This document shows, piece after piece, positions 9,343 to 19,302 of a stretch of 64,000 bases of DNA. This DNA is from an uncultured Actinomycetes bacterium. GTDB taxonomy: Bacteria > Actinomycetota > Thermoleophilia > RBG-16-64-13. A program made the translations under genes and the position numbers. The notes below the pieces were generated by a model. The model did no database searches. It saw only the letters and a list, made by a program, of their open reading frames with translations, and was not told the DNA's origin. Position 1 is the first letter of the stretch. The number at the start of each line of letters is the position of its first letter. The stretch lies in assembly GCA_963706025.1 (NCBI GenBank), contig CAVPLM010000005.1, positions 128,001 to 192,000 on the forward strand. The letters are read 5' to 3'.

Positions 9343-10680
9343 TTGAGCGGACAACACGTCCAGAGAGTGCCGCCCGGCGCCACCGGAGCCGGTCATCCGG
9401 CGCGGCAGAGGTCCGACCCCCCTGGATCGCGCGCATCGCAGCCCACGATGCCCGAGAGCCGGCCGAGAGCGGGAACCGCCAGGCTCAAAGACCTTTGCCC
9501 CGCCCCCTACCACCTGATCTGGGTGACGGCCGTCCTCCTTCTCATCGCTGGTCTGTGCATGATGCTGTCGGTCTCGGCGGCGGCCACAGAGGTGGGCGGA
9601 GACAGGTTTGTCTACATCCGCCAGCAGGGGATCACCGCCGTGGTGGGCCTGTTGCTGCTCGTGGGGATCTCCCGTCTCAACTATCGTCGCATGGGGACCG
9701 CGTCCATGGTTTTCCTCGGGATGCTGGTGCTCTCCCTGCTGCTCGTGCACGTCCCCAGTCTGAGCGCCAGTGAAGGCGGCTCCGCCAGCTGGATCCCGCT
9801 AGGACCGATAGCGTTCCAGCCGTCTGAGTTCGCCAAGCTGGCGGTGATCCTGGCCGGAGCTCATCTGCTTGTGAACCGCCGCCGGCGGGTAGGCGATTTC
9901 GCTTCGTTCATGTGGCCTTTCGGGGCCGTGGGTTTGGGGATGAGCGCGCTGGTGATGATCGAGGGCGACCTGGGTACCGCCGTCATCATCGCCGGACTGC
10001 TTCTGGGCATGCTCTGGATCGGAGGCATGCGCGGCCGGAATTGGGCGCTCACAGCCGGGGTGGGACTCATCACCGCGGTGGCCTTCACCTTCTCGAGCAG
10101 CGAGAGAACCAGCAGGGTCCTCTCGTTCCTCAACCCCTCCGCCGATCCTCAAGGGGCGAGCTTCCAGCTGTCGCAGTCCCTGGTAGCTTTGGGTCGGGGA
10201 GGCTGGCTGGGGGTGGGTCCGGGCGAGAGCGTCCAGAAATTCAGCTACCTGCCCAAGGCACACACCGACATGATCTACGCGATCCTGGGGGAGGAGTTCG
10301 GCCTTCTGGGAGCCGGCTTGGTCCTTATCCTGTTCGCCGTGTTCGCCGCCGCAGCCTGGAAGCTGGCCACCCGGTGCGCCGACCCCATGGGCAAGTACTT
10401 GCTCGCCGGCTGCGGTATGCTCGTCACGCTTCAAGCCGTGGTCAACATTGGTGGGGTGATGGGGGCGCTGCCGCTCACCGGGGTGCCCTTGCCCTTCATC
10501 AGCTACGGACGCAACAGCCTCCTAGTCATGTTCGTCGCCATCGGGTTGATACTGTCGGTGGGCCGGTTCGGCCCGGCCCGGCAGGCACCCTCTCCGGCGG
10601 AGGTCCACGCAAATGTCACGCATATTGATCGCCGGAGGCGGGACGGCGGGGCACGTGGTGCCCGCGCTGGCGCTCGCTGA
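9343..10680 (+). CDS. ftsW: Peptidoglycan glycosyltransferase FtsW
   Basis: FQPSEFAK, HTDMIYAILGEEFG, LPLTGVPLPFISYG; TTG start after AAGGGAG. Confidence 0.94.
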   Translation: MSGQHVQRVPPGATGAGHPARQRSDPPGSRASQPTMPESRPRAGTARLKDLCPAPYHLIWVTAVLLLIAGLCMMLSVSAAATEVGGDRFVYIRQQGITAVVGLLLLVGISRLNYRRMGTASMVFLGMLVLSLLLVHVPSLSASEGGSASWIPLGPIAFQPSEFAKLAVILAGAHLLVNRRRRVGDFASFMWPFGAVGLGMSALVMIEGDLGTAVIIAGLLLGMLWIGGMRGRNWALTAGVGLITAVAFTFSSSERTSRVLSFLNPSADPQGASFQLSQSLVALGRGGWLGVGPGESVQKFSYLPKAHTDMIYAILGEEFGLLGAGLVLILFAVFAAAAWKLATRCADPMGKYLLAGCGMLVTLQAVVNIGGVMGALPLTGVPLPFISYGRNSLLVMFVAIGLILSVGRFGPARQAPSPAEVHANVTHIDRRRRDGGARGARAGAR

Positions 10681-11710
10681 CGTTCTCTCGAGCCGGGGCC
10701 ACGAGGTGGCCTTCTGCGGCACCGAGAGAGGTATGGAGAGCAGACTGGTCCCCAGGGCGGGCTACGCTTTCTCGGTGGTCCGTATCCGCGGGTTCACGCG
10801 TGAGTTGGGTCTCTCGACCCTGAGGACGCTGGGATCGATCCCCGTGGCCGGCGTGGACGCCTGGAGACTGCTCAACAGGTTCCGGCCGGCGTGCGTGGTC
10901 GGAATGGGGGCGTACGTCTCAGGCCCGGTGGTGGCGGAAGCCGCCCTCCGAGGGATCCCCGCGGTGGCAGTGGAGATGGACTCTCACATGGGCTGGACGA
11001 ACCGCATCCTGAGCCGGATGGTGGACAGGGTCTGCCTGTCGTTCCCTGCGGCCGAGCGGGTCGGGGGCAAGTACGTGTACACGGGGCGGCCCTTACGCCC
11101 CGCTCTTCTGACTGCCACCAGAGAGGAGGGACTGGCCAGGTTCAGGCTGGCACCGGACCGGCCGGTGCTGCTGGTCTTTGGGGGCAGCTTGGGCGCCCAC
11201 ACCTTGAACGACGCCTGCGTGGGGGCCTTTGCCCGCGCGCACACGCCTTTCCAGATACTGCATGTGACCGGCGAACGCGAGTATCAGAAGATCACAGAAG
11301 TGCTGGCGCGACCGGATGTCAACCCCGCCTACCAGGCTTTCCCGTTCCTGGACGATTTCCCCTTGGCCCTGGCGGCGGCAGATGCCGTGGTAGCGCGGGC
11401 GGGAGGGTCGGTGGCGGAGGTCTTGGCTCGAGGAGTGCCCGCGCTCTTGGTCCCCTATCCGCTGGCCGCCGGTGATCACCAGACCCGCAACGCCAAGACC
11501 ATCGCCGCCAGGGGAGCGGCGCTGGTGGTCGCCGACGCCGACCTCAGTCCGGCGGCCTTGACGCGGGAAGTCGCGACGCTCCTGGACCCCGAGGTGAACA
11601 CCCGCATGAGGGCGGCCGCTCTCAGACTGGCGCGGCCGGACGCGGCTACCCGCATCGCCGACCTCGTAGTAGAATTGGCAGCCGCGCGTACGCGTCACGA
11701 CCATGACTGA
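10613..11710 (+). CDS. murG: Lipid II GlcNAc transferase MurG
   Basis: AGGGTAGHVVPA, FGGSLGA, DHQTRNA. Confidence 0.96.
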   Translation: MSRILIAGGGTAGHVVPALALADVLSSRGHEVAFCGTERGMESRLVPRAGYAFSVVRIRGFTRELGLSTLRTLGSIPVAGVDAWRLLNRFRPACVVGMGAYVSGPVVAEAALRGIPAVAVEMDSHMGWTNRILSRMVDRVCLSFPAAERVGGKYVYTGRPLRPALLTATREEGLARFRLAPDRPVLLVFGGSLGAHTLNDACVGAFARAHTPFQILHVTGEREYQKITEVLARPDVNPAYQAFPFLDDFPLALAAADAVVARAGGSVAEVLARGVPALLVPYPLAAGDHQTRNAKTIAARGAALVVADADLSPAALTREVATLLDPEVNTRMRAAALRLARPDAATRIADLVVELAAARTRHDHD

Positions 11711-13106
11711 ACCCACTCCAACCGACACCAGCGTAACCGCCCCGGCCTGGCTGCGGGCACTCCACTTCATCGGCATCGGGGGAGCGGGGATGAGCGGCAT
11801 CGCCCTGGTGCTACACGACCGGGGCTATCACGTCACCGGATCTGACCTCAAGCCCTCGCGCTACGTCAGCCTACTGGAGAAGGCCTGTGTGCCGGTCAGG
11901 ATGGGCCACAAGGCGACGAACATCGATCACCCCGACGTGGTCGTCATCTCCTCTGCCATTCCGTCGCATAACGTAGAGTTGCAGGAAGCTCGCCGTAGGG
12001 GGATCCCGGTGGTGAAGCGTGCGCAGGCTCTGGCGTGGCTCGTGGATTCAGGCCGCGGGATCGCCGTGTGTGGCACCCACGGGAAGACCACCACCACGTC
12101 GATGATCACTCGGGTACTGGTCGACGCCGGCCTCGACCCGACCTTCCTGGTGGGCGGCGAACTGAACGACATGGGCTCCAACGCCCGCAACGGCTCCGGG
12201 GAATTCGTGGTCTGTGAAGCGGACGAATCCGATGGATCCCTCCTGCTTCTGCACCCCGAGATGGCCGTCCTAACGAATCTGGAACTCGATCATCATAGTC
12301 ACTACCTGCATGTCGAAGACGTCGAGGACGTATTCCGGGATTTCCTCGGGCGGCTGCCGGCGCAGGGTCGGCTGGTCTATTGCGCCGAAGACGCCCGAGT
12401 GTCCGTCCTGGCCGGCGGCGTGGGCTGCCGCACGTGTTCCTACGGATTCGCCCCCGCGGCCGACTATCAGGCTCGGGAGGTGCTCATGAGGCACCTGGGC
12501 AGCAGTTTCGAGGTCTGGGAACGCGGTCGAAAGCTGGCCGACGCGAGCCTCGAAGTACCGGGAAGGCACAATGTCCTCAACGCCCTGGCCTGCTTCGCCA
12601 CCTTGACCGAGCTGGGGGCGGCTCCGGATCAGATCAGCGCGGCTCTCGGCACGTTCGGGGGAGCAGTGCGCCGGTTCCAATTGAAGGGGCAAAGGGACGG
12701 AGTGACCGTGGTCGACGACTACGCTCATCATCCCACCGAACTCAGGGCCACTCTGCGGGCCGCCCGCGAAGGTGATTGGTCGCGGGTAGTAGCGGTCTTC
12801 CAGCCTCATCTCTACTCCCGTACCGAGTTCCTTCACGCTGAATTCGCCGAAGCTCTACTCGAAGCAGATATCGCTGTGGTGACGGATGTCTATGGAGCCC
12901 GTGAGGATCCCCGCCCCGGAGTCAGCGGCAAACTGATCGTGGATAGCATGCTCAGGCTCGATCGATGCAAACCCGTGGCCTACCTTCCCCGACTCGGGTC
13001 GGTGGTGGACTACCTTGAGGGACTGGCCGTCCCCGGTGACCTGATCCTTACCCTCGGGGCTGGTGATGTACATCGGGTCGGCGAGCGCTTCCTGGCCGCG
13101 GCTTAA
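11703..13106 (+). CDS. murC: UDP-MurNAc--L-Ala ligase MurC
   Basis: HFIGIGGAGMSG, GTHGKTTT, EADESD, DDYAHHPTE, FQPHLYSRT. Confidence 0.97.
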   Translation: MTEPTPTDTSVTAPAWLRALHFIGIGGAGMSGIALVLHDRGYHVTGSDLKPSRYVSLLEKACVPVRMGHKATNIDHPDVVVISSAIPSHNVELQEARRRGIPVVKRAQALAWLVDSGRGIAVCGTHGKTTTTSMITRVLVDAGLDPTFLVGGELNDMGSNARNGSGEFVVCEADESDGSLLLLHPEMAVLTNLELDHHSHYLHVEDVEDVFRDFLGRLPAQGRLVYCAEDARVSVLAGGVGCRTCSYGFAPAADYQAREVLMRHLGSSFEVWERGRKLADASLEVPGRHNVLNALACFATLTELGAAPDQISAALGTFGGAVRRFQLKGQRDGVTVVDDYAHHPTELRATLRAAREGDWSRVVAVFQPHLYSRTEFLHAEFAEALLEADIAVVTDVYGAREDPRPGVSGKLIVDSMLRLDRCKPVAYLPRLGSVVDYLEGLAVPGDLILTLGAGDVHRVGERFLAAA

Positions 13107-13119
13107 CAATCACCCTTCT

Positions 13120-14121
13120 TTGGATCCCGTCACGCCTCCCGTAGCACCTCTCGCCAACGATCTGCGCCTCATCGAGGGCGTACGGTTGTGGGCCAGAGCT
13201 CCCGTGGCTCCCTTCACGACCATAGGTACAGGGGGCAGCGCCGGCCTGCTCGTCACGGTGGCGACCCCCCGCTCTCTCGCGGCAGCGCTGGCCCGTATTG
13301 TAGCGAGCGGGTGTGCCTGGACCTGTTTGGGGGCGGGTTCCAATCTCCTTGTCGCCGACAGGGGATACCCCGGGATCCTGATCAAGCTGGACGAAGAGTT
13401 CCACTACGTGGAGGGCCTGCCCTCGGCGTCGGAGAAGAGCGGAGCTCAGGTGAGCCTGACCGTCGGAGGCGGTGCTTATCTGACCAGGCTTTCCGCCGTG
13501 GCGGCCGAAGCCGGTCTCTCGGGATTGGAATTCGCCTGCGGGATCCCTGGATCTGTGGGGGGAGGGGTGTCCACGAACGCCGGAGCCCACGGCTGGTCGC
13601 TGGCCGATGTGGTGGAAGAGGTCGAGATAGCTTCAGGTTCCGGGTTGCGATGGATGCCCGCCGATGCCTTGGAATGGGGCTATCGCTACTGCCGGCTCCC
13701 CGAAGATTCCATCGTCACGGCCGTACGTATGCGACTCACGAGCGGTGACCGGACGGCCATCCTCGAGCAGCATCGCTCCTTGCTCCGCAAGCGTCGTACC
13801 ACCCAGCCCCGTGCCGCGCGAACGTTCGGGAGCGTGTTCAAAAACCCACCGGGCGAGCCGGCGGGAAGGTTGCTGGAGGCTGCCGGCCTCAAAGGAGTGA
13901 GACGGGGTGGTGCCGAAGTATCCAGAGTCCATGCGAACTTCGTGGTGAACCTGGGAGATGCGACTACGACCGACGTGCTTACTCTGATGAGCCTCATGCG
14001 ACAGGGAGTGCACCGAAGCAGCGGGATCCTGCTGGAGCCCGAAGTCAGACTGCTGGGGGCGGCCTTCCCTTGGGAGTCGCTTCCCGCTGTTTCCCAGGGG
14101 CTGCCGGACCCTGATGGATAA
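13120..14121 (+). CDS. murB: UDP-N-acetylmuramate dehydrogenase MurB (start uncertain)
   Basis: TTIGTGG, GAGSNLL, GIPGSVGG, GSVFKNP, HANF, LEPEV. Confidence 0.93.
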   Translation: MDPVTPPVAPLANDLRLIEGVRLWARAPVAPFTTIGTGGSAGLLVTVATPRSLAAALARIVASGCAWTCLGAGSNLLVADRGYPGILIKLDEEFHYVEGLPSASEKSGAQVSLTVGGGAYLTRLSAVAAEAGLSGLEFACGIPGSVGGGVSTNAGAHGWSLADVVEEVEIASGSGLRWMPADALEWGYRYCRLPEDSIVTAVRMRLTSGDRTAILEQHRSLLRKRRTTQPRAARTFGSVFKNPPGEPAGRLLEAAGLKGVRRGGAEVSRVHANFVVNLGDATTTDVLTLMSLMRQGVHRSSGILLEPEVRLLGAAFPWESLPAVSQGLPDPDG

Positions 14122-14878
14122 GCGCGTCCGAGCGCGCCGCCGCATCGTCGGGCGGCAGCGCGGCCACCGGCGGGCAACACTCGCGGTGGTGATCGCCTTC
14201 CTGTTGGTGTGCGCGGCCTTGTTTCTCTGGCTGCGTGCTTCGGACGTATTCGCCGTGAAGCGGGTTACCGCCACATCCACCGAGCACGTCACCCAAGAGG
14301 AGATCTACCAGGCCACCGTCACCGCTCGCGGGGTCAGCCTGCTGCGCTTGTCGACCGGGAATATCGAGGCCAATCTCTCCGCGCTTCCGTACGTGCGCTC
14401 CGTCGAAGTCCACCGTCGGTTTCCCGATACTCTCGAGGTCCAGCTCGTCGAGTACGCTCCGGTGGCCCGAGTGCGGACAGGGTCCGGCGAAGTGTGGTTC
14501 GTGGCGGGGGACGGCAGGGTCCTGGAAAAGGCCGTCGCGGCCACCCTTCCCCTCGTAGTGACGGCCGCCGAGATCTCTCCCGTCCCTGGGAAGAACCTCC
14601 CCGCGGTCGTCGCCGGCGCTCTCTTGCTCGCGCAGCTGATAGTCGCCCGCGACGCGCCCCAGGCCCTCCCGGCAATAGATCACATAGCCGTTTCCACCGG
14701 AGGCGGGTTGGTGGTGGTGTTCGAGGGCGGGACCGAACTGCGATTGGGCGAAGCCCAAGAACTCGAGCAGAAGTTGACGGTCGCCGCGTCCATCATCGAG
14801 CAGTACTTGAGGGATGGTAAGCAGCTGCTCTATGTGGACGCGAGCGTGCCCGATAGGGTGGCTGTCAACGCGGAGTGA
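14114..14878 (+). CDS. ftsQ: Cell division protein FtsQ/DivIB
   Basis: TM helix and POTRA-like LPYVRSVEVHRRFPDTLEV; position before ftsZ. Confidence 0.85.
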   Translation: MDKRVRARRRIVGRQRGHRRATLAVVIAFLLVCAALFLWLRASDVFAVKRVTATSTEHVTQEEIYQATVTARGVSLLRLSTGNIEANLSALPYVRSVEVHRRFPDTLEVQLVEYAPVARVRTGSGEVWFVAGDGRVLEKAVAATLPLVVTAAEISPVPGKNLPAVVAGALLLAQLIVARDAPQALPAIDHIAVSTGGGLVVVFEGGTELRLGEAQELEQKLTVAASIIEQYLRDGKQLLYVDASVPDRVAVNAE

Positions 14879-14974
14879 ACGTGGTATTGTGCGCTTTGGA
14901 AGGAATAAGCGGTTTCAACGCGTACTGACGAGTAAGCCGAGGGATGCTTGACAATCGCGTCCGGTGCGGTGTTT

Positions 14975-15002
14975 CGGCGAGTATCAAGCGGCGAGTATCA
15001 AG
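14975..15002 (+). repeat. Perfect 14-bp tandem repeat in the ftsZ upstream region
   Basis: CGGCGAGTATCAAG x2, downstream of a TTGACA at 14948. Confidence 0.85.
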
Positions 15003-15075
15003 TAGTGATTGAGGGATTGGCACAAAGGCTCGAGTTGGAGTCCTGTGATTCGATGATTGTGGAGGTTCGAGGATT

Positions 15076-16164
15076 ATGAGCGACACGGGATCCAGCTACC
15101 TCGCGGTGATCAAGGTCGTCGGGGTGGGCGGAGGAGGCACCAATGCCGTCAACCGCATGGTCGATGCCGGGCTGAGGGGCGTGGAGTTCATTGCCGTCAA
15201 CACGGACGCCCAAGCTCTCTTGATGTGCGACGCCGACGTGAAGCTGCACATCGGTGGCAAGATCACCCGGGGCCTCGGAGCGGGCGCGAATCCCGAGGTG
15301 GGCAGGGCGGCCGCCGAGGAGAGCCGCGACGAGATCCGAGAGATCTTGAAGGGAGCCGATATGGTGTTCGTGACCGCCGGCAAGGGCGGCGGGACGGGCA
15401 CCGGCGGAGCCCCGGTGATCGCGGAGATCGCGCGTGAGCTGGGTGCTCTGACCGTGGGGGTGGTGACCAAACCGTTCGGGTTCGAGGGGCGCAAGAGAGC
15501 GTCTCTGGCCGAGGCTGGGATCGAGGCGTTGACCAAGAAGGTCGACACGCTCATCATCATCCCCAACGACCGGCTGCTGCAGGTGGTGGAGAAGCGGACC
15601 TCCATAATCGAGGCTTTCAAGGTGGCCGATGACGTGCTGCGCCAGGGAGTGCAGGGAATCACAGACCTGATCACGGTCCCGGGGCTCATCAACCTTGACT
15701 TCGCCGATGTGCGCACCATCATGCGAGACGCGGGCTCGGCCCTTATGGGCATCGGCGTGGCCAGTGGCGAGAACCGGGGCGTGGAGGCGGCCAAATCCGC
15801 CATCTCTTCGCCTCTTCTCGAGTCCTCCATCGAGGGGGCCACAGGTATCCTGCTCAACATCACCGGGGGCCCGGACATGGGTCTGTTCGAGGTCAACGAA
15901 GCGGCCGAGATCATCTCCAACGCCGCCGATACCGAGGCAAACGTAATCTTCGGCGCGGTCATCGACGATTCCCTCGGTGAACAGATGCGGGTGACCGTGA
16001 TCGCTACGGGGTTCGACCGGCTTCAGCGGGCCGACAGGCAGGCCGACAACTCGGTCGAAGGTGTCGCCCCCAGGCCGGCGGAGGTGCTCCCACCCCAGAC
16101 CCACACGTTCGAGATGGACGAGGATGTGCTCGATATCCCCCGGTTCTTGCGCGACAAGGACTAG
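15076..16164 (+). CDS. ftsZ: Cell division protein FtsZ
   Basis: [17 protein letters not shown] tubulin motif, NLDFADV, C-terminal LDIPRFLR. Confidence 0.99.
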   Translation: MSDTGSSYLAVIKVVGVGGGGTNAVNRMVDAGLRGVEFIAVNTDAQALLMCDADVKLHIGGKITRGLGAGANPEVGRAAAEESRDEIREILKGADMVFVTAGKGGGTGTGGAPVIAEIARELGALTVGVVTKPFGFEGRKRASLAEAGIEALTKKVDTLIIIPNDRLLQVVEKRTSIIEAFKVADDVLRQGVQGITDLITVPGLINLDFADVRTIMRDAGSALMGIGVASGENRGVEAAKSAISSPLLESSIEGATGILLNITGGPDMGLFEVNEAAEIISNAADTEANVIFGAVIDDSLGEQMRVTVIATGFDRLQRADRQADNSVEGVAPRPAEVLPPQTHTFEMDEDVLDIPRFLRDKD

Positions 16165-16172
16165 CGCCTGGT

Positions 16173-17139
16173 GTGACCGCCAACGTCGGTGAAGGGCTCC
16201 TCAGTCAATCATTAGAGGAGCGGATCGATCCCGAGGCCCGCTCTCGACTGGAAGTGCGCGCGTCGGGTCGCGTGCTTTTCCTAGAGGCCGAACTGCCGGG
16301 TCTGTTTCGTACGGTCTTCACCAGCCGGCTGGGCGGTGTGAGCGAAGGGCGTTTCGCCACCCTCAACCTTGATACCGGGTCCACCGACGATCCCTGCTGC
16401 CGTGGACCTCAACCGGGCCCTGGCGATGGGGATACTGAAGCAAAGCGGGACTGCGCTACGTGCTGGTGGCACCGCACCGGGCGAAGGCGCCGGCTCCGGC
16501 TATCGCTTCGTGAGCCCGGTCCAGGCCCATGGCGTGCGTGTCGTGGGGGCCGCGGAATACGCTCGCGACCATGCAGGCACTCCGTGTGACGGCTTGACGC
16601 TCAACCCGATGCTCGATAGGGGCCTTGCTGCCCTCCTGGTCTTCGCCGACTGCGTCCCCGTTGTGCTTGCCGGCGAGGTTGATATGGCCGTGGTCCACGG
16701 AGGTTGGCGAGGCATCTTGGGAGGCATCGTCCAGCAAGCCGGGCGGGCCATGACCGGACCGCCGGGAACCGCGGTCATCGGCCCGAGTATCGGGCCTTGC
16801 TGCTTCGCCGTCGGTGAGGAAGTGGCCCGGGCCTTCGGCGCTCGCTTTGGGCCGGAGGTCATCGCCGAGCGGGAGGTCATCGCCGAGCGGGAGGTCATCG
16901 CCGAGCCGGAGGCCGACGGGATGGAGGCGGGCGCCCGGCCCGGCGGTTCCGTCGGTGCTCACCGGGTCGACCTTTGGGCCGCCGTGACCAAGGCGCTTGT
17001 AGAGATGGGTGTGAAAGAAGGCCAGGTGGTCAACCCGAGACTATGCACTGCCTGCAATACGGACTTCTTCTACTCTTATCGCCGGGAGGGTCCTATCACG
17101 GGTCGGCAGGGATGTATCGCCTGGGCGGTGGAGAGTTGA
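16173..17139 (+). CDS. pgeF: PgeF/YfiH family protein (one frameshift near 16390, probably an assembly error)
   Basis: FTSRLGGVS..FATLNL in the first frame; QAHG, ADCVPV, HGGWRG, IGPSIGPCCF, FFYSYRR in the second frame. Confidence 0.88.
16855..16906 (+). repeat. In-frame 18-bp tandem repeat (EVIAER x~3) inside pgeF
   Basis: GAGGTCATCGCCGAGCGG x2 plus a 16-bp partial copy. Confidence 0.9.
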
Positions 17140-17822
17140 ATACGGGCCTGGAGCAACTGCGCGCCAACCTAGCCGAGGTGGAACGGCGCCTCGAGGAGGC
17201 TCGTGTCAGAGGGGGAGAGCAGGCCCAGCCTCGCCTGCTGGTGGCGTCCAAATACTTCTCGGTAGAGGAGATGGCGTTGCTTCACGGAGCAGGAATCCGG
17301 CTTGTCGGGGAGAACAGGGCAGATGAGCTGGAGCAGAAATGGCGCAGGTGGAACGACGTTTTCGAGTTCCACTTCATCGGCCACCTGCAGAGTCGCAAGG
17401 TGCGGCAGGTCCTACCTTACGTGTCGTTGATCCACTCGGTCGAATCGATCTCTCTGGTGGAGGAGCTTGAGAGGAGAGCGGAGACAGAGGTACGAGTGCT
17501 CCTGGAGGTCAACGTGAGTGGGGAGGAAACCAAGTATGGTATCCTCCCGGCGGCCGCGGAGACTTTCCTGGAGCGGGCTGCGGCCTATCGGAGCGTGATG
17601 TTCGTAGGTCTCATGACTATGGCTCCTCTGGTAGACGATCCGGAGGAGGCGCGGCCGTTCTTTCGAGGCTTGCGCGAACTCCGCGACCGCTTGGCTACCA
17701 CGTTTGCCGGCCGCTACGAACTCTCCGAACTATCCATGGGCATGAGTAACGATTATCAAATAGCCGTCGAGGAGGGCGCGACCATGGTCAGGCTGGGTAC
17801 CGCGCTTCTCTCCAACGCATAA
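17136..17822 (+). CDS. yggS: YggS family PLP-binding protein
   Basis: VASKY, GENR, HFIGHLQSRK, GLMTMAP, LSMGMSNDY, EEGATMVRLG. Confidence 0.95.
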   Translation: MNTGLEQLRANLAEVERRLEEARVRGGEQAQPRLLVASKYFSVEEMALLHGAGIRLVGENRADELEQKWRRWNDVFEFHFIGHLQSRKVRQVLPYVSLIHSVESISLVEELERRAETEVRVLLEVNVSGEETKYGILPAAAETFLERAAAYRSVMFVGLMTMAPLVDDPEEARPFFRGLRELRDRLATTFAGRYELSELSMGMSNDYQIAVEEGATMVRLGTALLSNA

Positions 17823-17832
17823 GGAGGATGGG

Positions 17833-18390
17833 ATGGCTCTCGGAGGCGTGTGGCACAAGACGCTCGTGTACTTCGGTCTGGCCGATGAGGACGAGGACTA
17901 TGACGACGAGACACTGACCGCGCAGCCGGACATCGAGTCCACTTACAAGGAGCGGGCGAACGTGAGAAAGATCGAACAGAGCGGTCGACGGCGCCAATCC
18001 ACCGAATTCGACGACATCTATTCTGAGGAGGAGTACCGGGGTCAGAAGGGTGGTTCCTCGTCTGGGCGCAGTGCGTCGGTCAGACCTCTACCAACCGCCG
18101 TGGAACAGCCCCCGGTGCGCGTCCACCTCGTCATGCCCAAGAACTTCAACGACGCGCAGACAATCGCCGACAAGTTCAAGAGCGATATCCCTGTGATCCT
18201 CAATCTACAGACCAGCGAGACGGAATTGGCCAAGAGACTGATCGATTTCGCGAGTGGTCTCACCTACGCCCTCGATGGGGGCATGCAGCGCGTGGCCGAC
18301 AAGGTGTTCCTGCTCACCCCCAAGAACGTCGAAGTCTCGGCGGAGGAGCGCCAGCGACTCCTGGAAAAAGGCTTCTTCAACCAGTTCTGA
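17833..18390 (+). CDS. sepF: Cell division protein SepF
   Basis: FNDAQTIAD, AKRLIDFASGLTYAL, VFLLTP; strong SD AAGGAGG. Confidence 0.96.
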   Translation: MALGGVWHKTLVYFGLADEDEDYDDETLTAQPDIESTYKERANVRKIEQSGRRRQSTEFDDIYSEEEYRGQKGGSSSGRSASVRPLPTAVEQPPVRVHLVMPKNFNDAQTIADKFKSDIPVILNLQTSETELAKRLIDFASGLTYALDGGMQRVADKVFLLTPKNVEVSAEERQRLLEKGFFNQF

Positions 18391-18418
18391 TGGTTGCGTA
18401 CCCCGAGGGTTGCGATCC

Positions 18419-19240
18419 ATGCCCACGACCCTCGGAGTAGTAGGCGCAGGGAGCGTCCTCTCGGCCCTGACACCAAGCCGGTCCCGTTCCGCTGAGCCCA
18501 TCGATCTGATCTTCTTCGACACCCTGGGCGCGCTCGACGCTGATCTTGCCGGCATGCACGGCCTGGCCGTCGTCGCGTCCACCCGCGAGCTCGCGGCGCG
18601 CTGCGACGTCATCCTGGTTGCGACAGAGCCCGGAGATGCTCTCGACACGCTCGAAGCCCTCGCTCCGTACCTGGGTGAGGATCACATCGTCATCGTCTCG
18701 TCGGCTGGAGTCGCTTTGGATCGTCTGCGGTCGGCGCTGGGCCCGGTCTCGGCGCTGCTCAGGATCGCGCTGGACCAGGGCGGAGTGGAAGACGGCGCGC
18801 TCGCGGTGTCTCCCGAACCGGGGACCGCGCTCGAGGTGGTAGAGCGGACCGCCCAGGTTCTTGCCTGCATCGGAGTGGTGGAAGTGCTTCCCGAGGACTC
18901 CCTCGAGACTGGAAACGCGGTGATCTGCTCCTCCATCGGCTTTCTCGCTACCGCGTTGGCGGGAGTGGAGGACGGGGCGGTGAAGGCGGGGCTGCCCAGG
19001 GACGTCGCTCGAGTATTCGTGCGTCAGACTGCTTTGGCAACGGCACTCCTGCTCCAGGACCATCCCGGTTCGCCGGCCGACCTCAAAGACCAGGTGGCCT
19101 CTCCTGGCGGCACTACCATAGCGGGTCTGGCGGTCCTCGAGGACCTGGGTGTGCGGGGGGCCTTCATACGAGCAGTCGAGGCCGCAGTGGTGCGCGCTCG
19201 CGAGAAGCGAGACGAAGAACTGTCTCACGTGGTTGAATAG
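18419..19240 (+). CDS. proC: Pyrroline-5-carboxylate reductase-like protein (divergent N-terminus)
   Basis: C-terminal LKDQVASPGGTTIAGL; SSAGV; typical position next to sepF/yggS. Confidence 0.75.
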   Translation: MPTTLGVVGAGSVLSALTPSRSRSAEPIDLIFFDTLGALDADLAGMHGLAVVASTRELAARCDVILVATEPGDALDTLEALAPYLGEDHIVIVSSAGVALDRLRSALGPVSALLRIALDQGGVEDGALAVSPEPGTALEVVERTAQVLACIGVVEVLPEDSLETGNAVICSSIGFLATALAGVEDGAVKAGLPRDVARVFVRQTALATALLLQDHPGSPADLKDQVASPGGTTIAGLAVLEDLGVRGAFIRAVEAAVVRAREKRDEELSHVVE

Positions 19241-19302
19241 TAGGAGACGAACCCGGGCTAGAAGTCTGAAGAGCGGGACATCCCCAGCGAAGGGAGAGCG
19301 AA

